NCBI GenBank assembly: GCA_965644265.1 | Contig: OZ286461.1 | Location: 77,686,001-77,750,000 of the forward strand | Direction: 5' to 3' | Source of the DNA: Glycera tridactyla | Lineage: Eukaryota | DNA: 64,000 bases | In this document: piece after piece, positions 37,696 through 50,933 of the stretch | Layout of the letters: each line of letters begins with the position of its first letter | Position numbering within the stretch: the stretch's first letter is position 1 | The notes under the pieces: generated by a model | Told to the model about the DNA's origin: nothing | The model's input: only the letters and a program-made list of their open reading frames with translations | Database searches by the model: none | Made by a program: the position numbers and the translations under genes

Positions 37696-40009
37696 AACTT
37701 CTGGAGGGTCATCATACTCACCCATGTGGATACTTGATAGATTCACAACACACAGCCTGTCACATTCTTTTTCAGTAGTTTCTTGTTGAGCACCTTCAAT
37801 GCCATTCCCCCCACTGCTTTATTCCATTTGTTTCATATCACTCAGTCATAATCTTGTGCGACCCTTTCAAAGCCACATCCATTTTTACCAAATCATTTAT
37901 TCTATCGATTTACAGGTCACTTGTTTAGTCGTTTCGCATCTGATTGCCAATTTACATGAATCTTGTTAATCCTTTCAATGCCAGATCCTTTATCCCCACT
38001 TGCTTACTTCATAAGTTCAATGCCAGATCCTTTATCCCCACTTGTTTACTTCATAAGTTCAAAGCCTGTCACATTTCACATTTGTTGTCTCAGAAGCATC
38101 TCAGCCTGTCTGGACTCATTGCTCTCAAACCACCTGCCCCCCCCCCCCACCCACTGGAAGTGTTTATTTTTATGGTGGATGCATCCACATCTGACCACTT
38201 CATCAGCTCCCCTGGCCTCCTCCATGCTCCAACCCCTCCCAGTCACATTCTAGAACAGATGTGCTTTGTGAGTGAATGGAAAATAATTGGTTACCACAGA
38301 AACTGAATGAAGCCTGACACGATGCAAGTTCTTAATTTTTGATCAGTGACTCTACTACTAAAGGTTATTCCCTTCAGGATTCTCCTAGTAATTCCAATTT
38401 ACACTTTACAACTTACCAGCCCCATTGATGTGACAGTTAATGAATTTGCAGCTTCTACGTCAGGGATGTGAGGCCAACAACCAAAAACCTGAAAACCTGA
38501 CTTGAGGTACTAATCACTAACATTTTGCAGATTAAGAAACCCAAACAACTGCAAATTATTGGTTACTACAGTGAAACCTCTTCTGAGAGACCCCTCTTTT
38601 GAGACAGCATACATGACAGTGTGGCTGTTCAGTCAGTTTGCAGTATACATGTCAGTGTGGCAGTTCAAATCAATACTCATAGCTTATTTGTTAGTGTGGC
38701 TGTTCAATCGGTTCACAGCTCACACACACCAGAAAGTGTGGCTGTTCTCTTTGTTCTATCTCTGCATTCTTATGCGCACAGTCACAAAGTACAACACTGA
38801 CCAGTGGTCCATTTTCAAGTTAATCCTTCCAACAATACTTGCATGTGTGCATGGTCATGAATGTCAGACCAAAATGGTGATTTTGTGGTCATTTTTCAAC
38901 TTCAAGTTATCTTTCACTTATACCCACAGGCTCACACTGTAGGCAATGGTGGATCATGCCATGCATGTCAGGACACTGAAATCTTGATGTTTCCCACATA
39001 ATCCAACTTTGCTTCCCAGAATGGATGTCAGCCAGCCAGCTGAAATAGGGTGTCCATATTTCTCCCAGAGTAAGGAAAAATAGGGCGGACAACAATTTGT
39101 CAAGATGAGAAAAATAACGTGGTCGGGCAGTTTCAGCAAGCCATGAAATAATATTACAATGGTTTCCTCGGCATCTTACGTAAATCTACTTAGTTTTTCT
39201 ATCACAGGAATTATTGCTAGCTGTCTCAGTCAATTTCGATATTTGAGCTTCACTTGAAGACAGAGAATATCTGCAATGCTCTAATTCATCACCATCAACC
39301 ACTGGTCTTGATCAATCATATCAATTCTAAATTCTAAAGCTGATTCCTGACTGCAGTGATGGCAATGAATCAATCAGGGTTTATACTGGCGGTTGTGTAA
39401 TCAAACACTGTATGGTATAGTAATTACCACTTTCCTCTTGGCATATTTCATTGGAGTAGACAGAAAAGTATCCTGGTCATATTGCATACTAAGTAACAAA
39501 GACATTGGCAACATTTGTAGGTAGCATTAGACAAAATTAGGACAATTGACTTATCTTTGTTCACCAAGACTGCCTGATACGTGCTCAGCCTTGTTGCTGT
39601 TCTCCATCACGCAAATGTTTCATATGGATGCATTTTGCCAGGCGCATACCCTCTGCTTTATACAAGGGGGTGACATAGGGGGTGAGTGTATGTGGAGATA
39701 ATCCCAAACACAAATAACCAACTGTGAGGGGATGCTTCCCCATCATTAATGTACAGGAATTGATTCCCTGGGATTGAAAGAAAGGCTACCTTCCATAAAA
39801 ATATTCCCATCCATGACAAAAAACTTATAAGATGGAATCACTGATTACCAATATCTCATTTAGGAAATAATAGAGATAGTAAATACTCAAATGATATCTG
39901 AATTAACAACTAATCAGTTTGATTCACTGGACTGGAAACTCACTACAACTCAACCTGTGCTAGCTGAGGATTGATATAGCTGCTCATTAATTCACCCAAA
40001 ATATGAAAC

Positions 40010-40475
40010 ATCATCGGAATATAGCTGATGAGCAATTTCCCTCAAATATGAGATCCAGACATGATATAGCTGGTGAGCAATTTCCCTCGAAAATGAGATG
40101 TGGTCATATTATAGCTGGTGAGCAATTTCCCTCGAATATGAGATGCAGTCATACTGGTAATATAGCTGGTGAGCAATTTCCCTCGAATATGAGATGCAGT
40201 CTTGATATAGCTGGTGAGCAATTTCCCTCAGATATGAGATGCAGTCATAATATAGCTGGTGAGCAATTTCCCTCGAATATGAGATGCAGTCATAATATAG
40301 CTGGTGGGCAATTTCCCTCGAATATGAGATGCAGTCATAATATAGCTGGTGAGCAATTTCCCTCGACTATGAGATGCAGTCATAATATAGCTGGTGAGCA
40401 AGTTCTCTGAAATATGAGAGGTAAGCAATTTTCCTCAAATATAATATTAGGAGAGCAATTTACCTCAAATATGAG
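40010..40475. repeat. 45-bp minisatellite, about 9-10 copies
   Basis: Unit ATATAGCTGGTGAGCAATTTCCCTCGAATATGAGATGCAGTCATA; edge copies are degenerate. Confidence 0.92.
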
Positions 40476-40684
40476 ATGCAGCCAAAATGTGTGCAGATAA
40501 ACTCACCACGGATTCTTGCTTATATACCACGATTTAGCATGCTACTTGAAGGCTATTACCTCAATTGAGTGGAACTTGGTTTGTTTAGGGATTCCATTTA
40601 TCCCATCATGAACCCCATGTATGAAACATATGGGAGTTACAATATATAACAAACATGACCAAATGAGCCGAATGTCACTCAAAA

Positions 40685-42300
40685 CAAGATATATAAGATA
40701 TAAGATATAAGATACTTTATTAAACAAAAGACATGTGACCACAGGGGTCGTATTACATGCTGATGTTACAAAGCAGTAATTTTCAAATGTAAACATTTGC
40801 CCAAGAAAGTCTAGACATGAACAAGAAACTGGGAAGTACAAGCAAAATTCGCGAAGTTAATGAAATGCAGAGATGAGAGGGGATGAGTTTGAAGGAAAGA
40901 AACAGAGAAAGAAAAGAAAGAAAAGAAAGAAGAGAAAGAGAAAGAACGAAAGAGTGAAAGGAAAGTATTAGTGTGAGAGAGATATAGAGAAAGACAAATG
41001 GGTAGGGGAGGAAGAGTTTAGGAAGAAACTGAATTTAAAAGAGAGAAGAGGGGAGATCAGGGGGGGGGGGGGGGGTGAAATATGAGGATAGGAATGGGGG
41101 AAGTAAAGAAAAAGCAGGAAGTTATGAGTAAGGTAATATAATGATCAATAGTAATGCAGGTATATATGATACAATATAGTACAAGACATACTGGTAGTAG
41201 GGAAGGAACAAGCATGCAATCTATCAGGAATATTTATATACAAGTACACAAAAGATCCAGGCAGAGTAAAGATAGAGAGAAAGAGACAGGAGGAATATGA
41301 CATAAGGTAATGTGCAAATTGTGAGAAAGTCAAAAGTCAAAAGTCAAATGGCGGTTTGACCAACTCAGAACATGATTTGAATTTAGAAAGGACTCTGATT
41401 GAGGCAATAATAGATTTTAGTGGAATTCGCCAAAGTGATGGAGCAACGATCTTTTGAAAGAGGGTAGACTGGGAGAATGACGGATTTCTTCGGGAAGTGA
41501 GTTCCAGAGAGATACTCCTCTGGATCTGATATTGCGATCAGGGAAAGCAAGATGATTACGGGGATAAGTTAGCAACATATAATTATTGGCAAAGGATCTT
41601 GTGGGGATATGAGAGGGAAGGCATTGAATAGAAAACAGGTTTTTGAAATCAGGGGGGGGAAAAACCATGTAGTGCTTTGTAGATTTCAGAGAGGGTAGAC
41701 AAAGTCCTCATAGTCTCTAACTTCTCCATACCAAGTTGCTGCCTGAGAGAGGTTGCAGAGTAGTTCCAACCAGTCTGCTTAATTGTGGTTAGGCAACGGT
41801 TATGAGCTACTTGGAGTCTGACACTGTCTCCAGAGTAGCAGCCATCATAAATATAATCGCAATAGGTGAAGACTGGTTTAATGAGCGAATTATATAGAAA
41901 AATAGCCATATTTTCATTTATAGAAGGACGCAGGAAAAATGAAGCACGTCTACGGAGTGTAATTTTCCTGATAATCTTATTGATATGTTCCGTGAAGTTC
42001 AAGGTCGGATCTAGAGTAATACCAAGGTATTTGAATGATTTCACATCAGAGATTTTTGAATTTGCATAAGTGAGAGAGAGGGAAGGTGATTGGCGGAGAC
42101 GATGATTTGTGCCAAGGAGCATCGAGCAAGATTTGTCAGTGTTGAGGGTTAATTTTGACTCGTTAAACCAGTCAGCAATGATAGCTAAATCAACATTCAA
42201 TTTATATTCAATATCATGAACATTAGAACCAGAGTAGCATAAGGCGGTATCATCAGCATATAAGAATACATCACTGAAGCGAATATTGGCATACATGTCA
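40685..42300 (-). mobile_element. 5'-truncated L2/CR1-group LINE (RT C-terminal half plus long 3'UTR)
   Basis: FLYADDTAL, FKYLGITLDPTLNF, YNSLIKPVFTYCD; SFASRGVSLWNSLP-type end. AATAAA plus (ATCTTAT)n tail near 40690-40725 on the minus strand. Confidence 0.85.
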
Positions 42301-42564
42301 TTTGTATATAATATGAATAAAAGGGGTCCTCAAGCTAGGGATCCTAAAGTAGTCTTGTTGAACAGGGCGCATCATAGAGAATCCATCGATGTATCATTTG
42401 TCTGTCTAGCACCTAAATTCATGACATGCAATCGGAAATTGAATGGATCAGGAATCATTCCACAGTCATAAACTTTGCGAGACAAGTCGCCTGCTGATCC
42501 ATGTCTTTTTCAAAGGGGATCCATCTCATGCCGCCGCCGCGGTCACGGTGGTCCCGACGAGTTA

Positions 42565-43221
42565 TGCCGCCTTTACATAGGGCGGGCGAGGGCATGCGCC
42601 AGTCTGCGACTTCGCGCGATCATTTTTTCGACCAAATCCATGTGAATGCCGCGCGATTCTGGGTGGTCCGGGCTGCGTTCCCGCGCCCGCGCGCGGCTGC
42701 AGGCGACGGCTCGAGACTTCGTGCGACTACGCGCGGATTTATGCTGGCGACTTCGTGCGACTGCGCGCGGCGGTCCCGCGGCGTTCGCGCGACTGCCCGA
42801 GACTGCTCGCGACAACGGGCGACGTTCACACGACTGCGGGCGATCTGATGCGGGGGAGGGGTATAAAAAGGCCATAGGCGACTACGCGCGGATTTATGCT
42901 GGCGACTTCGCGCGAGTTCGCGCGACTTTGTGCGACTGCGCGCGGCGGTCCCGCGGCGTTCGCGCGACTGCCCGTGACTTCTCGCGACTGCTCGCGCCAA
43001 CTCGCGACTCCGGGCGAATTAATTCCAGTCGCGCGATCGTGCGCGGAAGTTTTGAACATTTCAAAACTTCCGCGGCGGCCCCGTAGACACAGGCGACGGC
43101 TCGAGACTTCGTGCGACTACGCGCGACTACGCGCGACTACGCGCGAATTTCTCTGCGACGACGGGCGGATTTGAGATCGCGCGAAGTCGCGCGTAGTCGC
43201 CCGCCCTATGTAAAGGCAGCT
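42565..43221. mobile_element. PIF/Harbinger-like GC-rich MITE
   Basis: TIR (T/A)GC(C/T)GCCTTTACATAGGGCGGGCGA; TTA on both sides; internal GCGACT(A/T)CGCGC repeats. Confidence 0.7.
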
Positions 43222-43989
43222 TTATATTCAACACCCATATATCCTAGCCACCCCCGCACTAATCATGGTACATTAGATGCTCCCCTCAGTATCCTCAGCA
43301 CCTTGCTTGTTGACATAATGGCTGCCACAGTTCTTCTCGCTAGGATTGTTTTGGCAGCGATTATGGAGTGATCAGAGGACACACACACATGTGAAGGGGT
43401 GGGCAGAGTTAAGTGGACATCAAAATAAACATCTGTACCAGAGGCAATGTGAGCAGCAGGTGCGCAAGGTTTGTCACCGATTTATAGTGGATCGATGATA
43501 GGCCACGCTGGTTGGGTGGGCTGTCATATGGGCTAACTGGCAGGCAGTTTTCGGGCAGGTGATTTTATCAGTCTGCCTGTTCGATCGGCAGGTGCCTAAC
43601 TATCAATTATGCTATTTACTATGTGAAGGTGGGCACATGAAAATGACTGGGAGGGCAGGTGAAAACCCTACTTATCCTCCACNNNNNNNNNNNNNNNNNN
43701 NNNNNNNNNNNNNNNNNNNNNNNNNNNNNNNNNNNNNNNNNNNNNNNNNNNNNNNNNNNNNNNNNNNNNNNNNNNNNNNNNNNNNNNNNNNNNNNNNNNN
43801 NNNNNNNNNNNNNNNNNNNNNNNNNNNNNNNNNNNNNNNNNNNNNNNNNNNNNNNNNNNNNNNNNNNNNNNNNNNNNNNNNNNNNNNNNNNNNNNNNNNN
43901 NNNNNNNNNNNNNNNNNNNNNNNNNNNNNNNNGAAGTCGAGCATGGCATGTTAGGTAGTTAGCTGGATAAAGGCATGGCTAAGTACGTC

Positions 43990-44850
43990 ATCGATCTTAA
44001 AATTACGACCGATGGCACATAAACCAAGCTTAACATTCCTACTGGTAGACCATTCCATTCACTTGTTGTGCGATGGTAAAGGGAGAACTTGAGGCAGTTC
44101 TTGTTGGTATAGGGCATGATATAACTAAGATTGTGTGTTATTTAGTAATGGGTCTCCATGGATGTAGTACTGGGGCATCTTCATTATCGTGGGTTGTAGT
44201 CATGGAAGATGATTCTTGCCCCTGTACGTTGGACCCTCTCCAGTTCGATAATGTCCTTCTGGTAGTGCGGGTCCCATATCGTGCAAGAGTACTCCAGGGT
44301 CGAGCGCACTAATGCAAGAAATGCCGCTTCTTTTAATTTCACTGGGCACTCCTTCAGGTTACATTGGATGAAACCTAATAACTTGCTTGCTTTGGTTACC
44401 ACCCCAGCTATATTTTTTGAGCACCACTCTAGGTCATGGCTGATGTTAACCCCCAGATATTTGGCTTCATTCACCTGAGCTAATACCACTCCACACAATG
44501 TGTGATAGCGCTCAAGGGGGCTGATGCTGCGGCTCATTCTCATGAAATTACACTTGCTAGTGTTGAATCGCATGCCCCACTTTTCTGCTCAAGATTGGAG
44601 GTTATCTAGGTCCTTCCGTAATCCAAGTTGGTTTGACAAGGAGTATATGGGGCGCTAGATGAGGCAATCATCCGCAAATAATCTGGTGTGGGAGGATATG
44701 CAATCTGGCAAATCATTAATATGCAAAATAAAAAGTAGGTGTCCCAAAACAGTGCCTTGGGGAACTCCTGACTCCACACGAACCCAATCAGAAAACTTCC
44801 TGTCCACAACTACCCTTTGATTCCGCTCACAGAAAAATAATGCCATCCAG
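43990..44850 (-). mobile_element. CR1-like LINE RT fragment (frameshifted)
   Basis: SGVPQGTVLG, INDLP, RLFADDCLI, MRFNTSKC, KYLGV, LVRSTLEY..IWDPH. Confidence 0.9.
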
Positions 44851-46570
44851 GAGTGGATATATATTCTTTTTGGGACCTTCTCTATTTTTTTCTATCCATG
44901 CTTTCTGGTGTGGGTCCGAAACTGTGCTGGTACTCAAAGCTGTGGTACTCTCCCCTGCCTCTGTGTGTGTGCAAAGAACGTACATAGTTCTTTGGTGTGT
45001 GTGAGTGTGAGAGAGGGCGCGCGCCATCTCTCGTTGGTTTTGGAACTAGTAGTTCAGCTTTTTCCCGCCAGAGGTGTGACTTCCACGCCATCTACATCCC
45101 GCGCATGGCCCAGAAAATTCGCTGTTGGTTGTGCCTGGAAGCGTGAATTTCATCTTTGTGAGTGAGTTTTCATGAGCAAAATGATGGCAATCCCTGTCAG
45201 GTATTGCGATCGTACGCCCCCTCTGAGTTTCACTGTACATGGTTGATTTCAACAGATTTTTTCCTGTATTTTGCTATAAAATGTGTCATATGTTGCCTTC
45301 TGACTTGATGGTCCGCTTTCGATTTCGCGTGCACGCTCTCGCATGCTCGTTCGCCGGATCAGGACAACTCGTAACCGAGACCGCTCGTACCCCGCATATC
45401 GCCGGGACAACTCGTAAACCCGGCGGTTTTCCGATAATTAACCGGGAACTGTTATTAATTCTTGTTTGATAATTCTAGCGATTGTTGTCAGTAAGTATTT
45501 CTATAGATATGTGAAGTTCTATCCAATTTCATCGCTGGAAACATTGTTCAAACAAAGTTTTTCAACAATTCTGAGCTCTGAATACGGGAATCCTGAGACC
45601 GCAAGGTGTCAATCAGGCTTCCCGTGAACCCACGATCGCCGAGGGTACAAGTGCTTCCACGTACAGGGTGCGACCTGTCTCGCTTCCCGGGTACAAGCCG
45701 TCCGACATTCCTCGTCCACAGTACCCACTGCCGCACTGGTTACCTCTATCACTATCAGTATCACTTCAATTCTTCGATAAACACCTGCAAACCAAGAATT
45801 TCACTACGCCCTCCATCCGATCGCGTGCACAACAGTATGTAGTCCCATATTCTCCACCCAACGCTGAACCCCACTTCAATTCCTTTGCTGAAGTGTGCGC
45901 ACGTGTGACATCTCAAATTTGAGATCATAAGTATGTACCTCAAGTACGGTCATTTGGTACCCGATTAGGGTCATAAGACCTATACCAAGGTTGATCTTGG
46001 TCCTCTTAGGAAGTCCAAGGCTGTACTTCAAGCGCTATGCGGTAGACCGAGGTTTTAGTACGAGAACCTGTAATTGTATACAGGCAAGTCGCTTGCTCCA
46101 CTCGTTCGCTAGTCCCGTCTTAAATGCCTTGACAGACGGGGCATCCACCACTTCTTGGCGAAGAAGGAGTTCCTTGGTGATGGCTGTTGCTGCAATTCAA
46201 GTGTTGGCACTGAGGGTTGGCTTGAACATTGTACTGCTGCTGTTCTGGCAGATGTTACATTCCCTTTCGAACTGTACCTGTTCAAATCCCCTCAGTATTT
46301 TGTAGGCCTGGATCACATCAGCTCGCTTTCTTCTAAATTCCAAGGTTGGTAAGTCGAGTGCTTGGAGGCGTTCTGGATAGGAGAGAGACAACATCCCATG
46401 GACTAGTCTGGTGGCATGCAGTTGCACGTTCTCCAGTGCGTCTTGATCTCGCTTGAGCTTTGGCGACCATACTACTGAGGCATATTCTAGATGCAGGCGG
46501 ATGAGGCTTTTGTAGAGGAAGAGGAAGGAAGTCTTGTCCAGGGCCTGGCTGTGAATGTGTGCTTGAGTGC

Positions 46571-47360
46571 TAGTGGTGGAACGATAATCGAATCTAGTCA
46601 AAAGTCGGTTGGTTGCCAAGCTCAATCAAGCGCTTACTTGCCGAAATCGGTAATCAACAAAATCGGAAACAGAGAGAAAATCTGTCTACAATTGATATAT
46701 TCACGAAAAAGTGCGAGAAAAAGACGGCACTCGTTTATCTCCTTGTTGCGCCATCTTGCGTGATTGCAAACTTGCGTGATTGCAAACGAAACAAGATGCA
46801 CAGGTCAGAGAAAATCTGTGAGATGGCGGAGTTTTGCAGCTCCACATGGTGGCGATAGCTGGAATGAGATTCGCAGAAGACATTTTCACGGGTGTATGGC
46901 TGCGCATGATCAGTTTCGCGGAGGAAGCCAAGCTGTCTACATCGACATGCAAGATGGATTCAACTGTTCAAATATACATTCTCGAAGGGTAGGAATTTTT
47001 TCGGTGATCGTGTCGGGATTTGTTGCCATCGCAAATCGCACGTTTTCCCTTGCTCAGATGAAGCGCTTCATCATCGTTATGTTGTGGGAATCGATGTATT
47101 TGGATGGCGACCAAGCGCTTGCTATGCTGATCTTATTCATGAGCATAAAGAGAGCGACTAATTCATGATCACTGGATGATATTGAGAGGTGTTTTGTTGC
47201 ATTTTAGTTCAAGCTTGGTTTGGGCTTGATAAAGTAATCCAAGCTTAATTCAAGCTTGGTTGGAAAATTTCACCTTTTCCGTAACCGATTTCAACCAATG
47301 ATCGGTTTGAAAGGCCCAACCGATGATTGATTGCAAACTTGCAACTGATTTCTACCACTA
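46571..47360. mobile_element. hAT-type MITE (TAGTGGT termini, 8-bp TSD) nested in the CR1
   Basis: TAGTGGTGGAA ... TTCTACCACTA; flanks TTGAGTGC / TTGAGTGT. Excision rejoins the CR1 peptide (RVLSTL-KHTFT). Confidence 0.8.
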
Positions 47361-48451
47361 TTGAGTGTGCTGAGGACTCTATTTGCTTTATTGGTCTGTG
47401 CTTGCATGTGCTTAAAGAACTTGAGTTTATTGTCAATGATGACGCCCAGGTCTTTCTCTTCCATTGCTCCTGCCAGTGTGTGTTCCGTTCCATCTGCGCA
47501 CCTCATGGTGTAGTCCTTGCCTGGATTCTTGGCACCCAAGTGCATAGCCTTGCATTTTTCAGGATGGAATTGCATCTGCATCGCCTGGGACTATTGCCGT
47601 AGATGGTCAAGGTCTTCCTGGAGGTTGGATTGGTGTGCTTCTTGTGCAACCGAGATGGCTTGGTATATCTTTGTCTCATCTGCGAACATGGAGATGTAGT
47701 TTTGTGGGAGGTCTGGGATTGTCTGTGACTCACAGACAAACAGCGAAAACATGAGCGGACCCATGACTGTGCCCTGTGGCACCCCGCTTTCGACGTTGGC
47801 CCATTCTGAGAAGCTGCCGTTCATGGAGACACGCTGTTGCCTTGATGTCAGAAAGTGCCATATCCACTCTAGTGCGTTGTCCTTTATGCTGAAGGTCTCA
47901 ATCTGGTTAAGAAGGGGTTCATGTGGGACCTTGTCAAAAGCCTTGGCATAATCTAGAAAGATTACATCCACTGGAAGACTGTGGCTAAGCGCTTCAGTCC
48001 ATACATCTAGGGCTTCGAGGAGGTTGGTGACAGTGGACTTGCCTGAGATGAACCCATGTTGTTCTTAGCAGAGCATGGCATTGGCCTTCAGGTACTCTAT
48101 GATGTCTTCTGAGATGATACGTTCCAGTGCCTTGCAAACAACTGAAGTCAACGACACCGGCCTATAGTTGGCTGGTTCTGTTTTGTTCTCTTTCTTGCAG
48201 ATTGGTACCACTGTGGCGGTTTTCCATTGCTTGGGCACTTCGCCTCGCTCCAGGCTTGCATTGAAGAGCATGCTGAGTGGAGATGCAAGGACATCTGCCA
48301 GCTCATTCAGGACTCTGGGATGTATCATGTCAGGGCCTGGCGACTTGTTGACTCTGAGTGCCTGCAGCTTCTTGAGGACTCACTCCACATTGATGTTGAT
48401 TTGCAGATCAGACTGTAGATGTTTAAGGGTGAAGTCTGGGATGCAGGATGT

Positions 48452-48673
48452 CAGGGCTCTACGCTAGTGGTTGCCCCACTGGCACAGGCAGGCAGATTTG
48501 CTGTTAGGGCAGGTGATTTTATCGATCTGCCTGCCCGATGGGCAGGTATTCAACCCTTATTTGGGCTATGATTATATGCAGGAGGGCAGGTGAAAATGAC
48601 AGGGAGGGCAGGTAAAAATCCTACTTCACGTGCCAGAAGGACAGCTGAAGAAAAAAGTTAATGTAGAGCCCTG
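48452..48673. mobile_element. 222-bp MITE, CAGGGCTCTAC termini, 5-bp TSD (hAT5-like)
   Basis: GATGT on both sides (48447-48451, 48674-48678); near-identical inverted copy at 57318-57539. Partial copies near 21360-21424, 43530-43680 and 63940-64000. Confidence 0.9.
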
Positions 48674-50933
48674 GATGTATCCTCCTTTGTGAAAACCACA
48701 CAGTACTGCTGGTTTAGTATATCGGCTTTCCCCTTGCCTTCTGAGATGAAGGTGCCGTTCTTGTCTCATAGGTTGGCCATTTTTGTTTCTGTTGCCCTTC
48801 AACTATTCACATACTAGTAGTTCCAGAAAACTTTGTTGTTAGTCTTGACCTCACCAGCAAGTTCGCGCTCCAAGTCCCGGCGGGCTTTCCTTGTTGCATG
48901 GGTTGCTTCATTTCTGGCTGCGATGTACTGGAGATAGTCTTGACCATCCTTGGTGTTGAGATAAGGGGGGCATTTCACAAAATTTCTGAAAATGGGTTCA
49001 TTAAAATAAATAGATGAAATTACACCCCTGTTCTTGATTTGGGGTCATTGTAGCCCCTGATCGCATTGGGAAAGGGCCCATGCTCCATTGAATGTCTGAA
49101 ATGCCCCATTGTCCCCCTCTGGATGCAACCCTGCCCATGTACAGTGAAACCTGCGACGAGAGACCGCCCTCGATGTCACCAAAAATTGGTCTCTCAAAAG
49201 AGGTCTTGTTAGAGGCATATTTGAAAAATGTTAAATAGAAATGCTGCTCCACATTTTGAATCTACCCGCCCCTTCCAAAATTCAACATGCCCCCATTATA
49301 TGTTCAACACACATTATAATCATTTTCCCATGTCCCGAAGGTAGGTAGATTTGAGATCAACATGCTCACCTTGGAAATCTACCTGCCCCATATGGTGGGA
49401 GACTGTCTCGCAGTGCCCTACATTAGTCTACATGCACGCAGGGTTAATTATCAAGACCAAGACTGTTGGAGGAGTGTTGGAAGAGTGAAAATACATCAAT
49501 CCTGACTCAAGTTGTATGCCCCTTCCCCCTCCCACTGTCAGAATCAGGTGTACAGGGACCACCAGACCAATCCCCAGGGGGCTTTGCTGGTAGGTCACCT
49601 TGGTGTATTGATTGGTTGATTTGCCCTGATATATTTTTTTGTAGGAAGACTTGTCTCACATCCCATTTTGAAATTTGTTTTCTAGCAAACACTTGTGATC
49701 TCACAGTACATCATCATCGTGACTGCTGATTTAAGGAAGGAAGGAAGGAAGGGAGAGAGGAAGGAAGTATGGACCAATCACCAAAAAGAATCGGATTAGG
49801 TGGGTGATTCATCTTCAGTCATTATAGAAAAAAAACACTCACGATCGCCCTTGTTGCCAGTTGCTGTTATGTACCAAACCCACTGAGCATGTGATATTTT
49901 TTATGTTCTTGCCCTGCATCACCTCTACCAATCATACTGATCCAGTCCCAATCATATGATGAGTCCCAATTATAACATGATTGTAATGATGAAACTCAAA
50001 CCAAGTGCAATTATACCTAAGTCCCAAGTATAACACTGTTATCAGCTTGGGAATATGTGCATAGAATATGGAATTCCACTGGCATCTTATATAAACCCTG
50101 CTAACTGTACACATACACCCAGGAATGGTAGTCTACAATCATCGTTGAATTCTTCAAAAGTTCCCTGCAGTGGTCGCATTTAAATGCAAAGTTTTCTGCA
50201 GTAGTTTGCTGTCACCTGTAACTCAAACAAACATTTGCTGACAGTGTCAAATCCAGAGGGGGCGTTGGGGGGATTTGCCCCAAATACCCGACAGGACGCC
50301 CCTTGTTTCTGGATGGAGGGGCGCATTATTCCTCTTGTGCTCACAGGACTCGCACACGTTTATACTTAGCTCCCGCTAAAACACGTTTTCAACTAGTTTT
50401 TCGCACAAATTTCAAGTTTATTCTCGAACTTTTGACGGAAATGGATAACGAATGTTCTACATCGGCTGATGGCGAACGCCACGAGTCTGCTCAACAGCCT
50501 GCAAGGATGGGAGAAGATGCGGAACCACAGCGGCCAGAACTGGCTACTAACGCTGAAGAAAGGGGGAGAACTTCCCCATCTACCTCGTACAGGGCGGATT
50601 CGGAACCGATTTCGCCTAATCCCGGGAGTATGGACTCTAGAAGCCGGGATTCCTTTGCTCGAACGAGAGATTTCTTCAGATGAGTGCCAGCTAGAATGAC
50701 AGCCTCGAACATGAGCTATTACGAACCTGCCTGGTCGCAAAACAGCTCCTTCACGCCGGGATATTATGCTGGAGAAAGTTTTGGCCAGTTTCCATATCTT
50801 TTTGGTTCCGAAGGGCAATTTCAGATGACAAGAGGGGTGGAATACCGGCGAAGTTTATTCAAACAATCACCGGGCTAGCGGCCATGTTGGATTCACACCT
50901 CCTTACTCAAGTGGCGGGAACCCCTCACTTCCG

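Larger units (their letters stand above)
45975..48960 (-). mobile_element. Decayed CR1 LINE ORF2 interrupted by two MITEs
   Basis: NYRPVSLTSVVCK, DVIFLDYAKAFDKVPH, SGVPQGTVMG, FADETK, EKDLGV, LYKSLIRLHLEYASVVWSP, with stops and frameshifts. Confidence 0.9.

Noticed and set aside
37965-38065. 42-bp tandem duplication as coding repeat
   Set aside because: Only about 2.3 copies, no splice context and no recognisable peptide.
38615-38750. Four GTGTGGCTGTTC-like 12-mers at ~40-bp spacing (CRISPR-like look)
   Set aside because: Repeat is too short, spacers are partly similar, there are no cas genes and the context is eukaryotic. It is a degenerate minisatellite.
50120-50200. C2H2-like peptide FKCDHCRELLKNS on the minus strand
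   Set aside because: In-frame stop directly upstream, imperfect His spacing, and the core comes from the palindrome GCATTTAAATGC.
50303-50878. Short ORFs upstream of the DIRS gag
   Set aside because: No motifs. They may be a frameshifted gag N-terminus or leader but cannot be supported.
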